The translations under genes were made by a program, and so were the position numbers. From Candidatus Multivorans sp. (GTDB lineage Bacteria; Acidobacteriota; Thermoanaerobaculia; Multivoradales; Multivoraceae), in contig OZ251997.1 in assembly GCA_965247095.1 (NCBI GenBank), positions 2,880,001-2,944,000 on the forward strand: 64,000 nucleotides of DNA, written 5' to 3'. Under the pieces are notes generated by a model that did no database searches, had not been told where the DNA came from, and saw only the letters and a program-made list of their open reading frames with translations. This document shows, piece by piece, positions 45,756-56,696 of the stretch (positions within the stretch are counted from its first letter, which is position 1; each line of letters starts with the position of its first letter).

Positions 45756-46691
45756 ATGCCTGCTCGTTCCGTTGGCGCCGGCACCGTCTCGTTCGGCCTG
45801 GTTTCGATTCCCGTCCGGCTGTACTCGACGTCGGAGACCTCAGGCGGCGTCCGCTTCAACATGCTCGACCCGAGCGACAACACGCGGGTCAAGCAGCAGT
45901 TGGTCAACCCCCGGACCGGCGCGCTCGTGGAGCGGAAGGAGACGATCAAGGGCTACGAGTTCGGCAAGGGGCAGTACGTCACCTTCAACAACGAGGAGAT
46001 CCAGGAACTGCAGGAGAAGGCCTCGCCGGCGATCGAGATCACCGAGTTCGTGCCGCTGGCCGAGGTCGAGCCGATCTACTTCGAGAAGTCCTACTACCTG
46101 GGGCCGGAGAAGGGCGGCGAGCGCGCCTACCGGCTGCTCAGCGAGGCGATGCGAAGCACGGGCCGCTCGGCGCTGGCCAAGCACGCCGCGCGCGGCAAGC
46201 AGTATCTGGTCATGCTGCGGCCCTACGCCTCGGGTCTGCTGATGCAGCAACTGAAGTACGAGGACGAACTGAAGGCCTTCGACGAAGTGCCTCTGGGCGA
46301 AGAGACCGAACTCAAGCCCGGCGAACTCGAACTCGCGGTGCAGTTGATCGAGCAGATCGCCTCCGACGACTTCAGGCCGGACCAGTACACGGATGAGGTG
46401 CGCAAGCGGCTGTGGGACGCGATCCAGAGCAAGATCGATGGCCGCGAAGTCGCCGAGGACGAGACCGAGGCGCCGCAGGCGCAGATCATCGACCTGATGG
46501 AGGCGCTCAAGGCGAGCCTGTCGAAGAACGGCGAGGACGAGACCGAGGCAGGCGATGGCGCGGGCAGTTCCCGCAAGGCCGGCGGCGGCGCCAAGACCGC
46601 GAAGAAGGCGGTCGCTGATAGCAAGACAACAAAGAAGAAACGCGCGCGGCGGGCGAAGGCGGAACCAGCGCGCAGGGCCGCGGTTGGTTGA
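45756..46691 (+). CDS. ku: NHEJ Ku protein
   Basis: G.VSFGLVSIPVRLY, KGYE..KGQYV, YFEKSYYL.P, IIDLMEALKASL, basic tail. Confidence 0.95.
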   Translation: MPARSVGAGTVSFGLVSIPVRLYSTSETSGGVRFNMLDPSDNTRVKQQLVNPRTGALVERKETIKGYEFGKGQYVTFNNEEIQELQEKASPAIEITEFVPLAEVEPIYFEKSYYLGPEKGGERAYRLLSEAMRSTGRSALAKHAARGKQYLVMLRPYASGLLMQQLKYEDELKAFDEVPLGEETELKPGELELAVQLIEQIASDDFRPDQYTDEVRKRLWDAIQSKIDGREVAEDETEAPQAQIIDLMEALKASLSKNGEDETEAGDGAGSSRKAGGGAKTAKKAVADSKTTKKKRARRAKAEPARRAAVG

Positions 46692-46887
46692 CGTGAGCCG
46701 CCGTCAGTGAAGCCCTCACGGCGAGGGCGTCAGTGCGGCTACGGCCGCGTCTATTCAACTGACTGGATCCGCGCACGCACACAGGCAGGGAGCGGCTAAG
46801 GTATTGCTTCGTCTTCGTCGTCCGTAGGCGGCCTGATCGGCCGTCCAAGAGCAGAACCGACCAGTCGTCAATACAGGAGTCCCCGAG

Positions 46888-47415
46888 ATCGCAACCCCAT
46901 CTAGAGAGCCGCGCATCAACCACCGGATCCGGAAAAGCCCGGTACGGCTCATCGATCAAGACGGTACCCAGTTGGGTGTCGTCGCCTTGGATCAGGCCAA
47001 GACGCGCGCTGAGGCAGCGCAGCTCGATCTCGTCGAAGTGGGTCCCAACGCGGACCCGCCCGTTGTCCGTATCCTGGACTGGGGCAAGGTCAAGTTCGAA
47101 CGCGACAAGAAGAACAAGGAGTCGCGGCGCAAGGCGGCGACGATCGATCTGAAGGAGGTCAAGTACCGGCCGACGATCGACCCGCACGACTACCAGATCA
47201 AGACCGACCGGGCGCTGCGCTTCCTGCGCGAGGGGAAGAAGGTCAAGGTGACGATCTTCTTCCGCTACCGGCAACTCCGCCGCCCCGAACTCGGTTTCGC
47301 CATCCTGGACAAGGTGAGCACGGCGATCGACGGAGTCGGCGAGGTCGAGACTCGCTCCGGACTCGAGGGCCGTCAGATGACGATGATCCTGAATCCGCTC
47401 GCGCAGGAGGACTGA
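46888..47415 (+). CDS. infC: Translation initiation factor IF-3 (probable ATC start)
   Basis: RINHRIR..PVRLID.DG.QLG lies upstream of the ORF-track start; LDLVEV.P...PPV, KEVKYRP.ID.HDY; AGGAG 8 nt before in-frame ATC 46888. Confidence 0.92.
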   Translation: MATPSREPRINHRIRKSPVRLIDQDGTQLGVVALDQAKTRAEAAQLDLVEVGPNADPPVVRILDWGKVKFERDKKNKESRRKAATIDLKEVKYRPTIDPHDYQIKTDRALRFLREGKKVKVTIFFRYRQLRRPELGFAILDKVSTAIDGVGEVETRSGLEGRQMTMILNPLAQED

Positions 47416-47454
47416 GGCCGGACGAGGGTTGCCGCGCGAGCGGTACAGGTGGTC

Positions 47455-48000
47455 ATGCGGATCCCGGTCGTCATCTTTGGGGTGCTGGTTGCACTCTGCG
47501 CCGTGGTGCTGGTGCTGGCGCTGGTGGAGGAGCCGGCGGACAGCCGCGGCATCGACCATCCCGAGTACCAGACGATGCGCCAGGGCGGCAGCACCGACCG
47601 CCACGACTCTGTCCTGTTCTGGGGCTGGCTCTACGGCACCCTGTCGATCGTCCTGTTCGTGGGGCTGATGGCGCTGGGGCTCCGGCGGGGCGGCAAGCTA
47701 CCGGCGGGCAGCGGCCGTGCTCTGTCCTGGGGGCTGGGGCTCTTTGTCCTGGTGTTCACGATGCTGGTGTTGAGCTACCGGGCCTACGCCGAGCCGGGCG
47801 CGGAGCGCGCGCTGTTCGGGTCCTTCCCTGAGCCCACGGCGTGGATGCTCTACGCGCTGTGGCCGGTGCCGGTCGTCTTCGTCGTGCTCTACATGCGCTA
47901 CTTCGACCGATGGGTGATGAGCGATGAGGACGTGGCCGAGTTCGAGCGGTTGGTGGCGCGCTCACGGCGCGACCGCGAAGCGTCCGAAGGCGACGGCTGA
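47455..48000 (+). CDS. Hypothetical 4-TM membrane protein
   Basis: Four hydrophobic segments; stop overlaps the symporter start. Confidence 0.7.
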   Translation: MRIPVVIFGVLVALCAVVLVLALVEEPADSRGIDHPEYQTMRQGGSTDRHDSVLFWGWLYGTLSIVLFVGLMALGLRRGGKLPAGSGRALSWGLGLFVLVFTMLVLSYRAYAEPGAERALFGSFPEPTAWMLYALWPVPVVFVVLYMRYFDRWVMSDEDVAEFERLVARSRRDREASEGDG

Positions 48001-49481
48001 TGGACGGCGGCAACATCGTCATCCTGACCTGCATCGGGGTCTACCTGGCGGTCTGCATCGCGGTCGGTCTGTGGGCGCTGCGGCGGACGAAGTCGACCCG
48101 CGATTTCTTCATGGCCGGCCGGGACCTGGGGATCATCGTCACCGCGCTGGCCGTGTTCTCGAGCACGCTTTCGGGCTTCGGCTTCGTCGGCGGGCCGGGA
48201 CTCGTCTACCGGATGGGCCTGAGTTCGCTGTGGATGGTGGTCTGCGCCTCGGTCGGGTACGTGATCGCCTTCTACCTGCTCGGCAAGCGCCTGCGTCTGT
48301 TCGCCGAGCTGCGGGACTCGATCTCGCTGCCCGATGTGGTGGCGGCGCGCTACCGGAGCGAGTGGAGCCGGTTGCTCACCGCGATCGCCATCCTGCTCGG
48401 GGTGATGGGCTACCTGGCAACCCAGATCCTGGCGATGGCCACAGTCCTCCAGGACATTCTGAGGAGCACGCTGGGAAGCGGTATCAGCATCGAGGCGTGC
48501 GTCGCCCTTTCGTGTGCCGTGCTGGTGTTCTACTGCGTCACCGGCGGCATCATCGCCTCCGTATACACGGACCTGATTCAGGGCTTCGTGATGATGGTTG
48601 CCGCGGTGCTGGTGCTGCTGGCTGCGATCGCCGCGATCGACGGCGGCTTCGCCGGCATGAGCGAGGCGATCATGGCCGACGATCCGGAGTCGATGTCCCC
48701 GTGGGGCGCGGCGGGGATGATGAACTCGCTGTCCTGGTACTTCGTTTTCGCTCTGGGCCTCGCCGGTCAACCGCACATCATCACCAAGATGATGATGAGC
48801 CGCCGGGTGAAGGATGCGCGCAGCATCCTGCCGGTATCGCTCGGGGCCTACGTGGTCTCTGCCCTGCTCTGGATCAGCATCGGCCTGGTCATGCGCGCCC
48901 TGGTGCTGCAGGGCCTCCACCCGGAGATTCCGGGCGCCGACGCCGCGGCGCCGCAGTTTCTGCAGGCGTTCGCCCATCCGCTGCTGGCGGGCGTGGTCTT
49001 CGCCGGCCTGTTCGCCGCGATCATGTCGACGGCGGATGGCTTTCTGAACATCGGCGCCGCCGCCGTGGTTCACGACATTCCCCAGTTCTTCCGAGGGCGT
49101 TCGGTGAAGAACGAGCTTTTCTGGGCCCGCACCTGGACCCTGATTATCGCGGTCCTGGCGTCGCTGTTCGCGCTCTACAGCGGCGAGGGCCTGGTCGCGC
49201 TGCTCGGCGCGTTCGGTTGGGGCACCTTCGCCGCCGCACTGGTGCCGACGGTAGCGATCGGCTTCAACTGGAAACGGGCGACCGCCACCGCTGCCAACGT
49301 CGCCATCCTCTCCAGCCTGGTGATCAACTTCTCGATCCAGGTATTCGGGCTGCGGGTGCCCTTCGGCATCGACGGCGGCGCGCTCTCGCTTCTCGTCTCC
49401 CTGACCCTCTTCTTCGGCATCTCCCTGCTGTCCAAACCGCCGCAACTCGCCCCCGACGTCGCGGCGGTCATGGACATGTGA
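48000..49481 (+). CDS. Sodium:solute symporter (PutP-like)
   Basis: DFFMAGR.LG, SGFGFVGGPG, GGIIASVYTD.IQG, GQPHI, AAIMSTAD. Confidence 0.92.
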   Translation: MDGGNIVILTCIGVYLAVCIAVGLWALRRTKSTRDFFMAGRDLGIIVTALAVFSSTLSGFGFVGGPGLVYRMGLSSLWMVVCASVGYVIAFYLLGKRLRLFAELRDSISLPDVVAARYRSEWSRLLTAIAILLGVMGYLATQILAMATVLQDILRSTLGSGISIEACVALSCAVLVFYCVTGGIIASVYTDLIQGFVMMVAAVLVLLAAIAAIDGGFAGMSEAIMADDPESMSPWGAAGMMNSLSWYFVFALGLAGQPHIITKMMMSRRVKDARSILPVSLGAYVVSALLWISIGLVMRALVLQGLHPEIPGADAAAPQFLQAFAHPLLAGVVFAGLFAAIMSTADGFLNIGAAAVVHDIPQFFRGRSVKNELFWARTWTLIIAVLASLFALYSGEGLVALLGAFGWGTFAAALVPTVAIGFNWKRATATAANVAILSSLVINFSIQVFGLRVPFGIDGGALSLLVSLTLFFGISLLSKPPQLAPDVAAVMDM

Positions 49482-49496
49482 CCGCGCCGGCGCCGG

Positions 49497-50660
<1,164 letters not shown>

Positions 50661-50765
50661 TCAGACGCTACCATCAGTAGTGGCGCCCGGTCGTGTGGTC
50701 GACGTGAGGGCGTAAATGAGGAGGAAGAGAATCTGAAGTAGAACCTCTAAGGGAGGGAAAGACAA

Positions 50766-51371
50766 ATGCGCAAACTGCTCATGGAGCTGATCGGCACGAT
50801 GTTCCTGATGATGGCTGTGGCCTTCTCAGGGAACAATCCCATCGCCGTCGGACTGATGTTGGCGATGATGGTCTACAGCGGCAGACACCTGTCTGGCGCC
50901 CACTACAACCCGGCAGTGAGCGTAGCCGCCTGGATGCGAGGCAAGATCGGGGCGGCGGATGCCCTCAAGCACATGGTGGCCCAACTCGTTGGCGCCGGTT
51001 TGGGCTGGTGCGTCTTCCGGCTCGTCACGGGCGACGGCTTCGCCCTGATGCCGGTCGCGGAGCATGAACTCTGGCACGGTATGTTGGTCGAGGCGCTCTT
51101 CACGTTCGCGCTCGCCACCGTGGTCCTGAATGTTCGCTCGGACAACTCCGCTCACGGTCTGGCGATCGGCTTCGCGCTCGCGGCAATGGTGTACGCCGGC
51201 GCTGGCGTCTCGGGCGGCGCCTTCAACCCGGCTGTCGGGATCGGGCCGCAGATCATGGGCGCGATATCAGGCGGCAGCTTCGATGCCTCCACGCTGGCGC
51301 TCTACGGGGTCGGCCCGTTGGTCGGCGGTGCTTTGGCGGCGGTCGTCTACAAGTTCCTTAACGCCGACTAA
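50766..51371 (+). CDS. MIP/aquaporin family channel
   Basis: SGAHYNPAVS and SGGAFNPAVG; ELIGT. Confidence 0.92.
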   Translation: MRKLLMELIGTMFLMMAVAFSGNNPIAVGLMLAMMVYSGRHLSGAHYNPAVSVAAWMRGKIGAADALKHMVAQLVGAGLGWCVFRLVTGDGFALMPVAEHELWHGMLVEALFTFALATVVLNVRSDNSAHGLAIGFALAAMVYAGAGVSGGAFNPAVGIGPQIMGAISGGSFDASTLALYGVGPLVGGALAAVVYKFLNAD

Positions 51372-51410
51372 GGTTCGCGGCGCCGGCATAGTCCGGCCCG
51401 GAAACCGCGC

Positions 51411-53132
51411 GTGACCCCGGTTTCGGCCCACCGACCGGGGCACGTCGCGGTGCGTTTGCTGCTGCTCGGCGCGGCAGTTGTGTGGGTGCAGGGCGCCTTC
51501 CCGGGCCTTGCTGCGCCGGTTCGGGCGCAAGCGATCGATGCGTCGATCGATGTACTGGACTACCGCTTCGAGCTGGTGCTCTCCGATACCAGCGACGAGA
51601 TCGAGGGCCGGGCGGTGATCGGTTTCCGCCTCCTGCAGGCGGTCTCCGAGGTCGAGTTCGATCTGGATGACGTAGACGGCAGTAGCTACCTGGAGCATGG
51701 TGACGCGGCCCTGGAGAGCGGCGGCATGGAGGTGTCCTCCGTTGCCTACGTCGGCCCTCCCGGATCGGGCCGAGAGTTCGTCCCAACGGCGTCGTTCGAT
51801 CATGGGGACGATCGCCTGCGGGTCAGCCTCGGCGACGACGCCCGCGTCGGCGAGAAGCGACACCTCGAAGTCCGCTACCGCGGTGTGCCCGCCGACGGCC
51901 TGACGATCGGTAAGAACCGCCACGGCGACCGCACCTTCTTCGCCGACAACTGGCCGAATCGGGCCCACCACTGGCTGCCGGTGGTCGATCACCCGTCGGA
52001 CAAGGCGCTGGTCTCCTTCGCGGTCACCGCCCCGGCGCACTACCAGGTCGTCGCCACCGGCGCCTTCGTCGAAGCGGTCGATCTCGACGGCGGCCGGCGG
52101 CGGACCGAGTGGCGCAGCCGGGCGCCGGTCGCCACCAAGGTCATGGCGATCGGCGTCGCCCGCTTCGCCCGCGGCAGGGAAGCCACGGTCGACGGCGTGC
52201 CGGTCGAGACCTGGGTCTACCCGCAGGACCGCGAAGCCGGCTTGCGGGCGTTCGCGCCCGCCGCCCGGGTGGTGGGCACGTTCGAGCGGCGGCTGGGCGA
52301 GTACCCCTACGCCAAGCTCGCCAACGTGCAGACCACGACCCGCTGGGGCGGCCTGGAGAACGCGGGCAACGTGTTCTACGACGAGGACGCGGTCATCAGC
52401 GAGAACGGCATCGAGACCCTGATCGCCCACGAGGTCGCCCACCAGTGGTTCGGCGACGCGGTGACCGAGAGCGACTGGCCGCACGTCTGGTTGAGCGAGG
52501 GCTTTGCGACCTACCTCACCGCCTGCTACCTGGACTGGACGTACGGCCGCGAGCGCTTCCTGGGGCAGATGGACGCGGCGCGCGAACGGGTCCTCAGGTA
52601 CCTCGAGCAGGCGCCGGACTCGGTCATCGTTCCCGAGGCCGTGCCCGACCCGCGGCGTCTGCTCAGCCCGAACGTCTACCAGAAGGCCGCGTGGGTGCTG
52701 CACGCGCTCCGCGGCGAAGTCGGCGACGGCACCTTCTGGAGGGGCATGCGCACCTACTACCAGCGGTTCCGCGACCGCAACGCCTCCACCGCCGACTTCG
52801 CCGCCGTCATGGAGGAGGTGTCCGGCCGCCGGCTCGACTGGTTCTTCGACCAGTGGCTTCGCCGGCCCGGCGTGCCGGAACTCGAGATCGAGTGGAGCTA
52901 CGACGCCGCGGCGTCGGCGGTCGGCTTGCAGGTGCGGCAGCTTGGACCGACGATCTACCGGCTGCCTCTGGACGTGGAGGCCGTGCTCGCCGATGGCCGC
53001 ACCGTGCGCGGGCGGGTCGATGTCGAGGGTGAACTGACGACGGCGACCGTGGCAGTGCCGGAGCATCCGGCGCGCCTCCGGATCGACCCGGACGGCTGGC
53101 TGCTGATGCGGTACACGGTGGAGGAGAAGTGA
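51411..53132 (+). CDS. M1 family aminopeptidase
   Basis: GGLEN, HEVAHQWFG..18..E (WLSEG), YQKAAWVLH.LR. Confidence 0.93.
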   Translation: MTPVSAHRPGHVAVRLLLLGAAVVWVQGAFPGLAAPVRAQAIDASIDVLDYRFELVLSDTSDEIEGRAVIGFRLLQAVSEVEFDLDDVDGSSYLEHGDAALESGGMEVSSVAYVGPPGSGREFVPTASFDHGDDRLRVSLGDDARVGEKRHLEVRYRGVPADGLTIGKNRHGDRTFFADNWPNRAHHWLPVVDHPSDKALVSFAVTAPAHYQVVATGAFVEAVDLDGGRRRTEWRSRAPVATKVMAIGVARFARGREATVDGVPVETWVYPQDREAGLRAFAPAARVVGTFERRLGEYPYAKLANVQTTTRWGGLENAGNVFYDEDAVISENGIETLIAHEVAHQWFGDAVTESDWPHVWLSEGFATYLTACYLDWTYGRERFLGQMDAARERVLRYLEQAPDSVIVPEAVPDPRRLLSPNVYQKAAWVLHALRGEVGDGTFWRGMRTYYQRFRDRNASTADFAAVMEEVSGRRLDWFFDQWLRRPGVPELEIEWSYDAAASAVGLQVRQLGPTIYRLPLDVEAVLADGRTVRGRVDVEGELTTATVAVPEHPARLRIDPDGWLLMRYTVEEK

Positions 53133-53283
53133 CCGGGCGGTTCCTGGGGGCCGCAGGCAGAGTCGGGGACACCTCGGGAGCCAGCCAACACTTCTGGTCT
53201 GGCGACCGATAGCCGATTGGCTATAGTCGCTGCATTCCGACATCAATCCGCAGACCGTCCACACCCTACCGCGAGCCGAAGTC

Positions 53284-53810
53284 ATGTCGGCTCCGCGAGA
53301 TAGGCCGCACTGAGCCGATTCGTCCACATGTACTCCGGTTACGGAGCGCCTTGCGGCACCGCCGAGCTTCTGGTATTGCTCTGGCCATGGTGCTGGGGAC
53401 GCCCACACACAAGGTACAGGCGAAGTCGCAATGCTGAGCCGCAGCCCAAACGCCAACACGATGACGCGGCCCGCCAAGAGAGACATCAACCACCGCTGGC
53501 GGGCCATCGCCGACGACCACGGGGATTGCACCGGCTTGCCGAGGCACCACTGCCATCGCGCGGGTACGCCCTCCGTGGACGGGGACGCCAGGAAGATCGA
53601 CGTTCACGCCGACACTGTGATCTCGCTGAAGTCGATGTTGAAGCGGCGCCTCTGCGGTACCCATGGCCGGGTGCGCTTCAGGCACGTACACCACAATGTG
53701 AACCGGTTTGCGGGGCGCGTGGGCATCCGCGACATCGACACCTCGAACACTTCGCCGAACTCACCGATAGCTTCCTCGGTAAGCGGCTCCGCTACAAAGG
53801 AACTCAGCAA
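53284..53810 (+). pseudogene. Heavily decayed IS1595-family transposase remnant
   Basis: ADDHGDCTGL...VHADTV.SLKSMLKR..CGTH..V..RHVH..VNRFAGR..IRDIDT, then in a shifted frame GKRLRYK; resembles the IS1595 C-terminal pattern (TD..Y..L; HTN.IE.FWS.LKR..GTYH..S.KHL..Y..EF..R). Confidence 0.65.
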
Positions 53811-54443
53811 GTGAAAAATGAATCTTTGGCCAACGACATTTCCGACTTCTTGGGGCATGAGAGGTTCGGTACGATTCTTGCCGATCCGCCTTGGCGCTTC
53901 GCCAATCGCACTGGCAAGATCGCGCCTGAGCATCGCCGCCTCTCGCGATACGGGACTCTCACCCTAGAGGACATCGCGGCACTGCCCGTAGCCGACTACG
54001 CTAGAGACCGGGCTCACTGCTACCTGTGGGTGCCGAATGCTCTCCTTCCGGACGGGCTCCGTGTACTCGAATCTTGGGGTTTTCAGTACAAGACCAATTT
54101 GATCTGGCACAAAGTCCGGAAAGACGGCGGATCGGATGGCCGAGGTGTCGGGTTCTACTTCCGCAACGTGACAGAGATCCTATTGTTCGGCGTCCGAGGC
54201 CGGAAGGTCCGGACGCTTGACCCCGGTCGGAGCCAAGTCAATTTGATTGCCAGCCGGAAGCGAGAGCACTCCCGCAAGCCGGACGAGCAATACGACCTGA
54301 TTGAGAGTTGTAGTTGGGGGCCTTACCTCGAGCTCTTCGGGCGCGGTACCAAGGCGAACTGGACGGTATGGGGAAACCAGGCAAAGGACTACACTCCTGA
54401 TTGGCCGACCTACAGCCACAACTCGGCTGCCGCATCTCCGTGA
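53811..54443 (+). CDS. MT-A70 family adenine methyltransferase
   Basis: TILADPPW, YLWVPN, WGFQYKTNLIW.K, TEILLFG.RG, REHSRKP, LELFGR. Confidence 0.93.
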   Translation: MKNESLANDISDFLGHERFGTILADPPWRFANRTGKIAPEHRRLSRYGTLTLEDIAALPVADYARDRAHCYLWVPNALLPDGLRVLESWGFQYKTNLIWHKVRKDGGSDGRGVGFYFRNVTEILLFGVRGRKVRTLDPGRSQVNLIASRKREHSRKPDEQYDLIESCSWGPYLELFGRGTKANWTVWGNQAKDYTPDWPTYSHNSAAASP

Positions 54444-55189
54444 ACCTGTCCGATCTGGAGAGAATCGGCTTCAACGTAAGAACCGTCAACCACGCACTGG
54501 CCGTGCTCACGAACGACTTTTGTGGGCCGCTCGAGGAACTCTGTGCGTCGCTTGCTGCGATTCGCATCGAAGATGTCGAACTGATTCGAGGTGGCGGCGG
54601 TGAGTCCCAGCCGACGCAGCGTCTTCGGCGTGCTTTGGCGGCTCAAGGATGGGAGAAGCGGAAGATTCTCATTAGGAAGACAGTCGACGGCGAAGAACGT
54701 GCTGCGATTTCCCACGAAATCGACCATGTGCGTAGGGCTGCACAAGGAGTGGTGGCCCTGGAGATCGAATGGAACAACAAGGATCCCTTCTTCGATCGCG
54801 ATCTTGAGAACTTCCAACGGCTTCATAGCGAGGGTGCCATCAGCGTGGGCGTTATCGTGACGCGCGGAGACTCGCTACAGGATGGTCTAGTGAGCATCGT
54901 AGCTCGGTTCGCTGTCAATCACGAGGTCACGGGCTTCGAGGATCTTCGGGGATTCGGTGTGGACCCGACGGCCCGCCAGCGCCGCATGGTCAAGGACACT
55001 GGAGCCGCTTTCGTGGATGCTTGGGCACGCAAGTTCGTAGGCGACAAGTTCGGGAGGGCGACAACCCACTGGGAGAAGCTTCACCAGCGGATAGAGAGAG
55101 GCGTTGGCAATCCGTGCCCGTTGTTGCTGCTTGGGATACCGGCGGCGTCGGTCCACGAGGCGAGGGCTGCGAACGAAGGCGAAACATGA
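54440..55189 (+). CDS. BglII/BstYI-family restriction endonuclease
   Basis: SHEIDH...VALEIEWNNKDPFFDRDLENF..LH...ISVGVIVTR; GTGA overlap with the MTase. Confidence 0.88.
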   Translation: MNLSDLERIGFNVRTVNHALAVLTNDFCGPLEELCASLAAIRIEDVELIRGGGGESQPTQRLRRALAAQGWEKRKILIRKTVDGEERAAISHEIDHVRRAAQGVVALEIEWNNKDPFFDRDLENFQRLHSEGAISVGVIVTRGDSLQDGLVSIVARFAVNHEVTGFEDLRGFGVDPTARQRRMVKDTGAAFVDAWARKFVGDKFGRATTHWEKLHQRIERGVGNPCPLLLLGIPAASVHEARAANEGET

Positions 55190-55337
55190 GTAGTCCAAGC
55201 GCCACTCACTCGGCCGACTGTCGGGCAGATTCGAGTTTCCGTCGACCCGCCGGCGGAAGCGGACCAAGGTGTCACCGCCAGCCGTGGAACGGACTGACGA
55301 CGTCAGCGCCAGCCCGGCAACCGCTGAAGGAGACACC

Positions 55338-55585
55338 ATGTGCAGGAAATCCACGTCCTCTAGAACTTCGAGCCGCCCGCGGGGCACCGAGGAAGTGCGA
55401 GCGGCGGCACTTCAGTACGTGGAGAAGGTCAACGGTTCGACCATGCTCGCGCGGAGGCGACGGCCTGGCTGTTCGAGGAACTCACGACGAACGCGCAGCC
55501 GCGCAGTCGGGAGCCGGGAGCGGAGAAGGCGAGGGACCGCTGGCGGCTGCGCGAGGAGCGGATCGCGGCAGCCGCGTCTGGCTAG
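55338..55585 (+). pseudogene. DUF2277 pseudogene (copy of 56697-56984)
   Basis: Colinear from RBS to stop; 1-nt indels, TAC->TAG and a ~40-nt deletion. Confidence 0.88.
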
Positions 55586-56599
55586 CTAGTCCGCTCCCCG
55601 TCCTTCTGCCAGAACGCGCCGCCCCGCCGGAGTCAGGCGGTAGCGCTGGTTCCGCGCACTCGGCGCCTCGGGACTCGTCATCTCGACCAAGCCGCCACTC
55701 ATGGCGGGCCCGATGTATCCCTGCCGCAGCCACTTGCGGTCGCGCAAGCCCAGCGCATGGAGCAGTTCGCGCCCGGACATCTCGCCGTCGACTACGCGTA
55801 TGAGCCGCCTAACCTGGGGGGTAACCTGGGGTGATTCCTGGGGGGCGGTCTGCTCCACAGCGGCCAGGATCGCGTCCAGCATGAAGGCGATGAAGCGCGT
55901 GCTTTCGCCATCCGCGGAGCTGAGTTCAATCGCCTCGTAGTACTGGCCCTGACGGGCGCGCACGACGCTTTCCACCGGCACGTGGGCGAACAGCGGCTTC
56001 CAGCGGGTGAGGATCAGGGTCTGCCAGAGTCGCCCGAGGCGACCGTTGCCGTCCTCGAAGGGGTGGATGAACTCGAACTCGTAGTGGAACACGGAACTGG
56101 CGATGAGCGGATGTTCCTCCGAATCTTGCAGCCAGCCGAGAAGGTCGGCCATCAGCCCCGGCACGCGGCCGGCCGGTGGACCGATGTGGTGGACGCCGTC
56201 GGGACCGATTACGCCCACCGCGCCGGCGCGGTACCGGCCCGGCGCCTCCACCAGCCCGGTCATCAGGATCTCGTGGGCCGTCAGCAGGTCGGCCTCGCTC
56301 GACGGCGCCCAGCGATCGAGGAGGTCGTAGGCCGCAATCGCGTTCCGCACCTCCTGGATGTCCTTCGGTGGCGCCACGACCCGCTTGCCGTCGAGGATCG
56401 CAGAGACTTGCTCTTCCGACAGCACGTTGCCTTCGATCGCCACGGAACCGTGCACCGTGCGAACGCGGGCCTCACGCCGCAACCGCAGGTCCAGCCCCAG
56501 TCCTGCGGCCTCGGCTCGACCGACCGCTTCGCCGACCTGTTCCACCTGGGACAGGATTGCGGACGTGATCGAGAAAGGCGGAGGCGTCACTGCGCTCAT
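55586..56599 (-). CDS. Fic family protein with C-terminal HTH
   Basis: HPFEDGNGRLGR; GSVAIEGN; C-terminal P.A.NQRYRLT. Confidence 0.93.
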   Translation of the reverse strand: MSAVTPPPFSITSAILSQVEQVGEAVGRAEAAGLGLDLRLRREARVRTVHGSVAIEGNVLSEEQVSAILDGKRVVAPPKDIQEVRNAIAAYDLLDRWAPSSEADLLTAHEILMTGLVEAPGRYRAGAVGVIGPDGVHHIGPPAGRVPGLMADLLGWLQDSEEHPLIASSVFHYEFEFIHPFEDGNGRLGRLWQTLILTRWKPLFAHVPVESVVRARQGQYYEAIELSSADGESTRFIAFMLDAILAAVEQTAPQESPQVTPQVRRLIRVVDGEMSGRELLHALGLRDRKWLRQGYIGPAMSGGLVEMTSPEAPSARNQRYRLTPAGRRVLAEGRGAD

Positions 56600-56696
56600 G
56601 ACCCGAACTTTGGCACAGCACCCGCCGCGCACGAGATCCAAGCGCCGATCAATACCCGGCCCCGATACGATCCGGTGGACCGATGGAGGAAGACCC

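Noticed and set aside
50705-50755. Purine-rich leader faintly like a glycine riboswitch (GAAGAGA..CTGAAG..CTCTAAGG)
   Set aside because: Too short and lacks the required stems; an Rfam scan would settle it.
53328-53810. Apparent N-terminal extension of the MT-A70 ORF
   Set aside because: It is the decayed IS1595 sequence; the MTase domain starts near GTG 53811.
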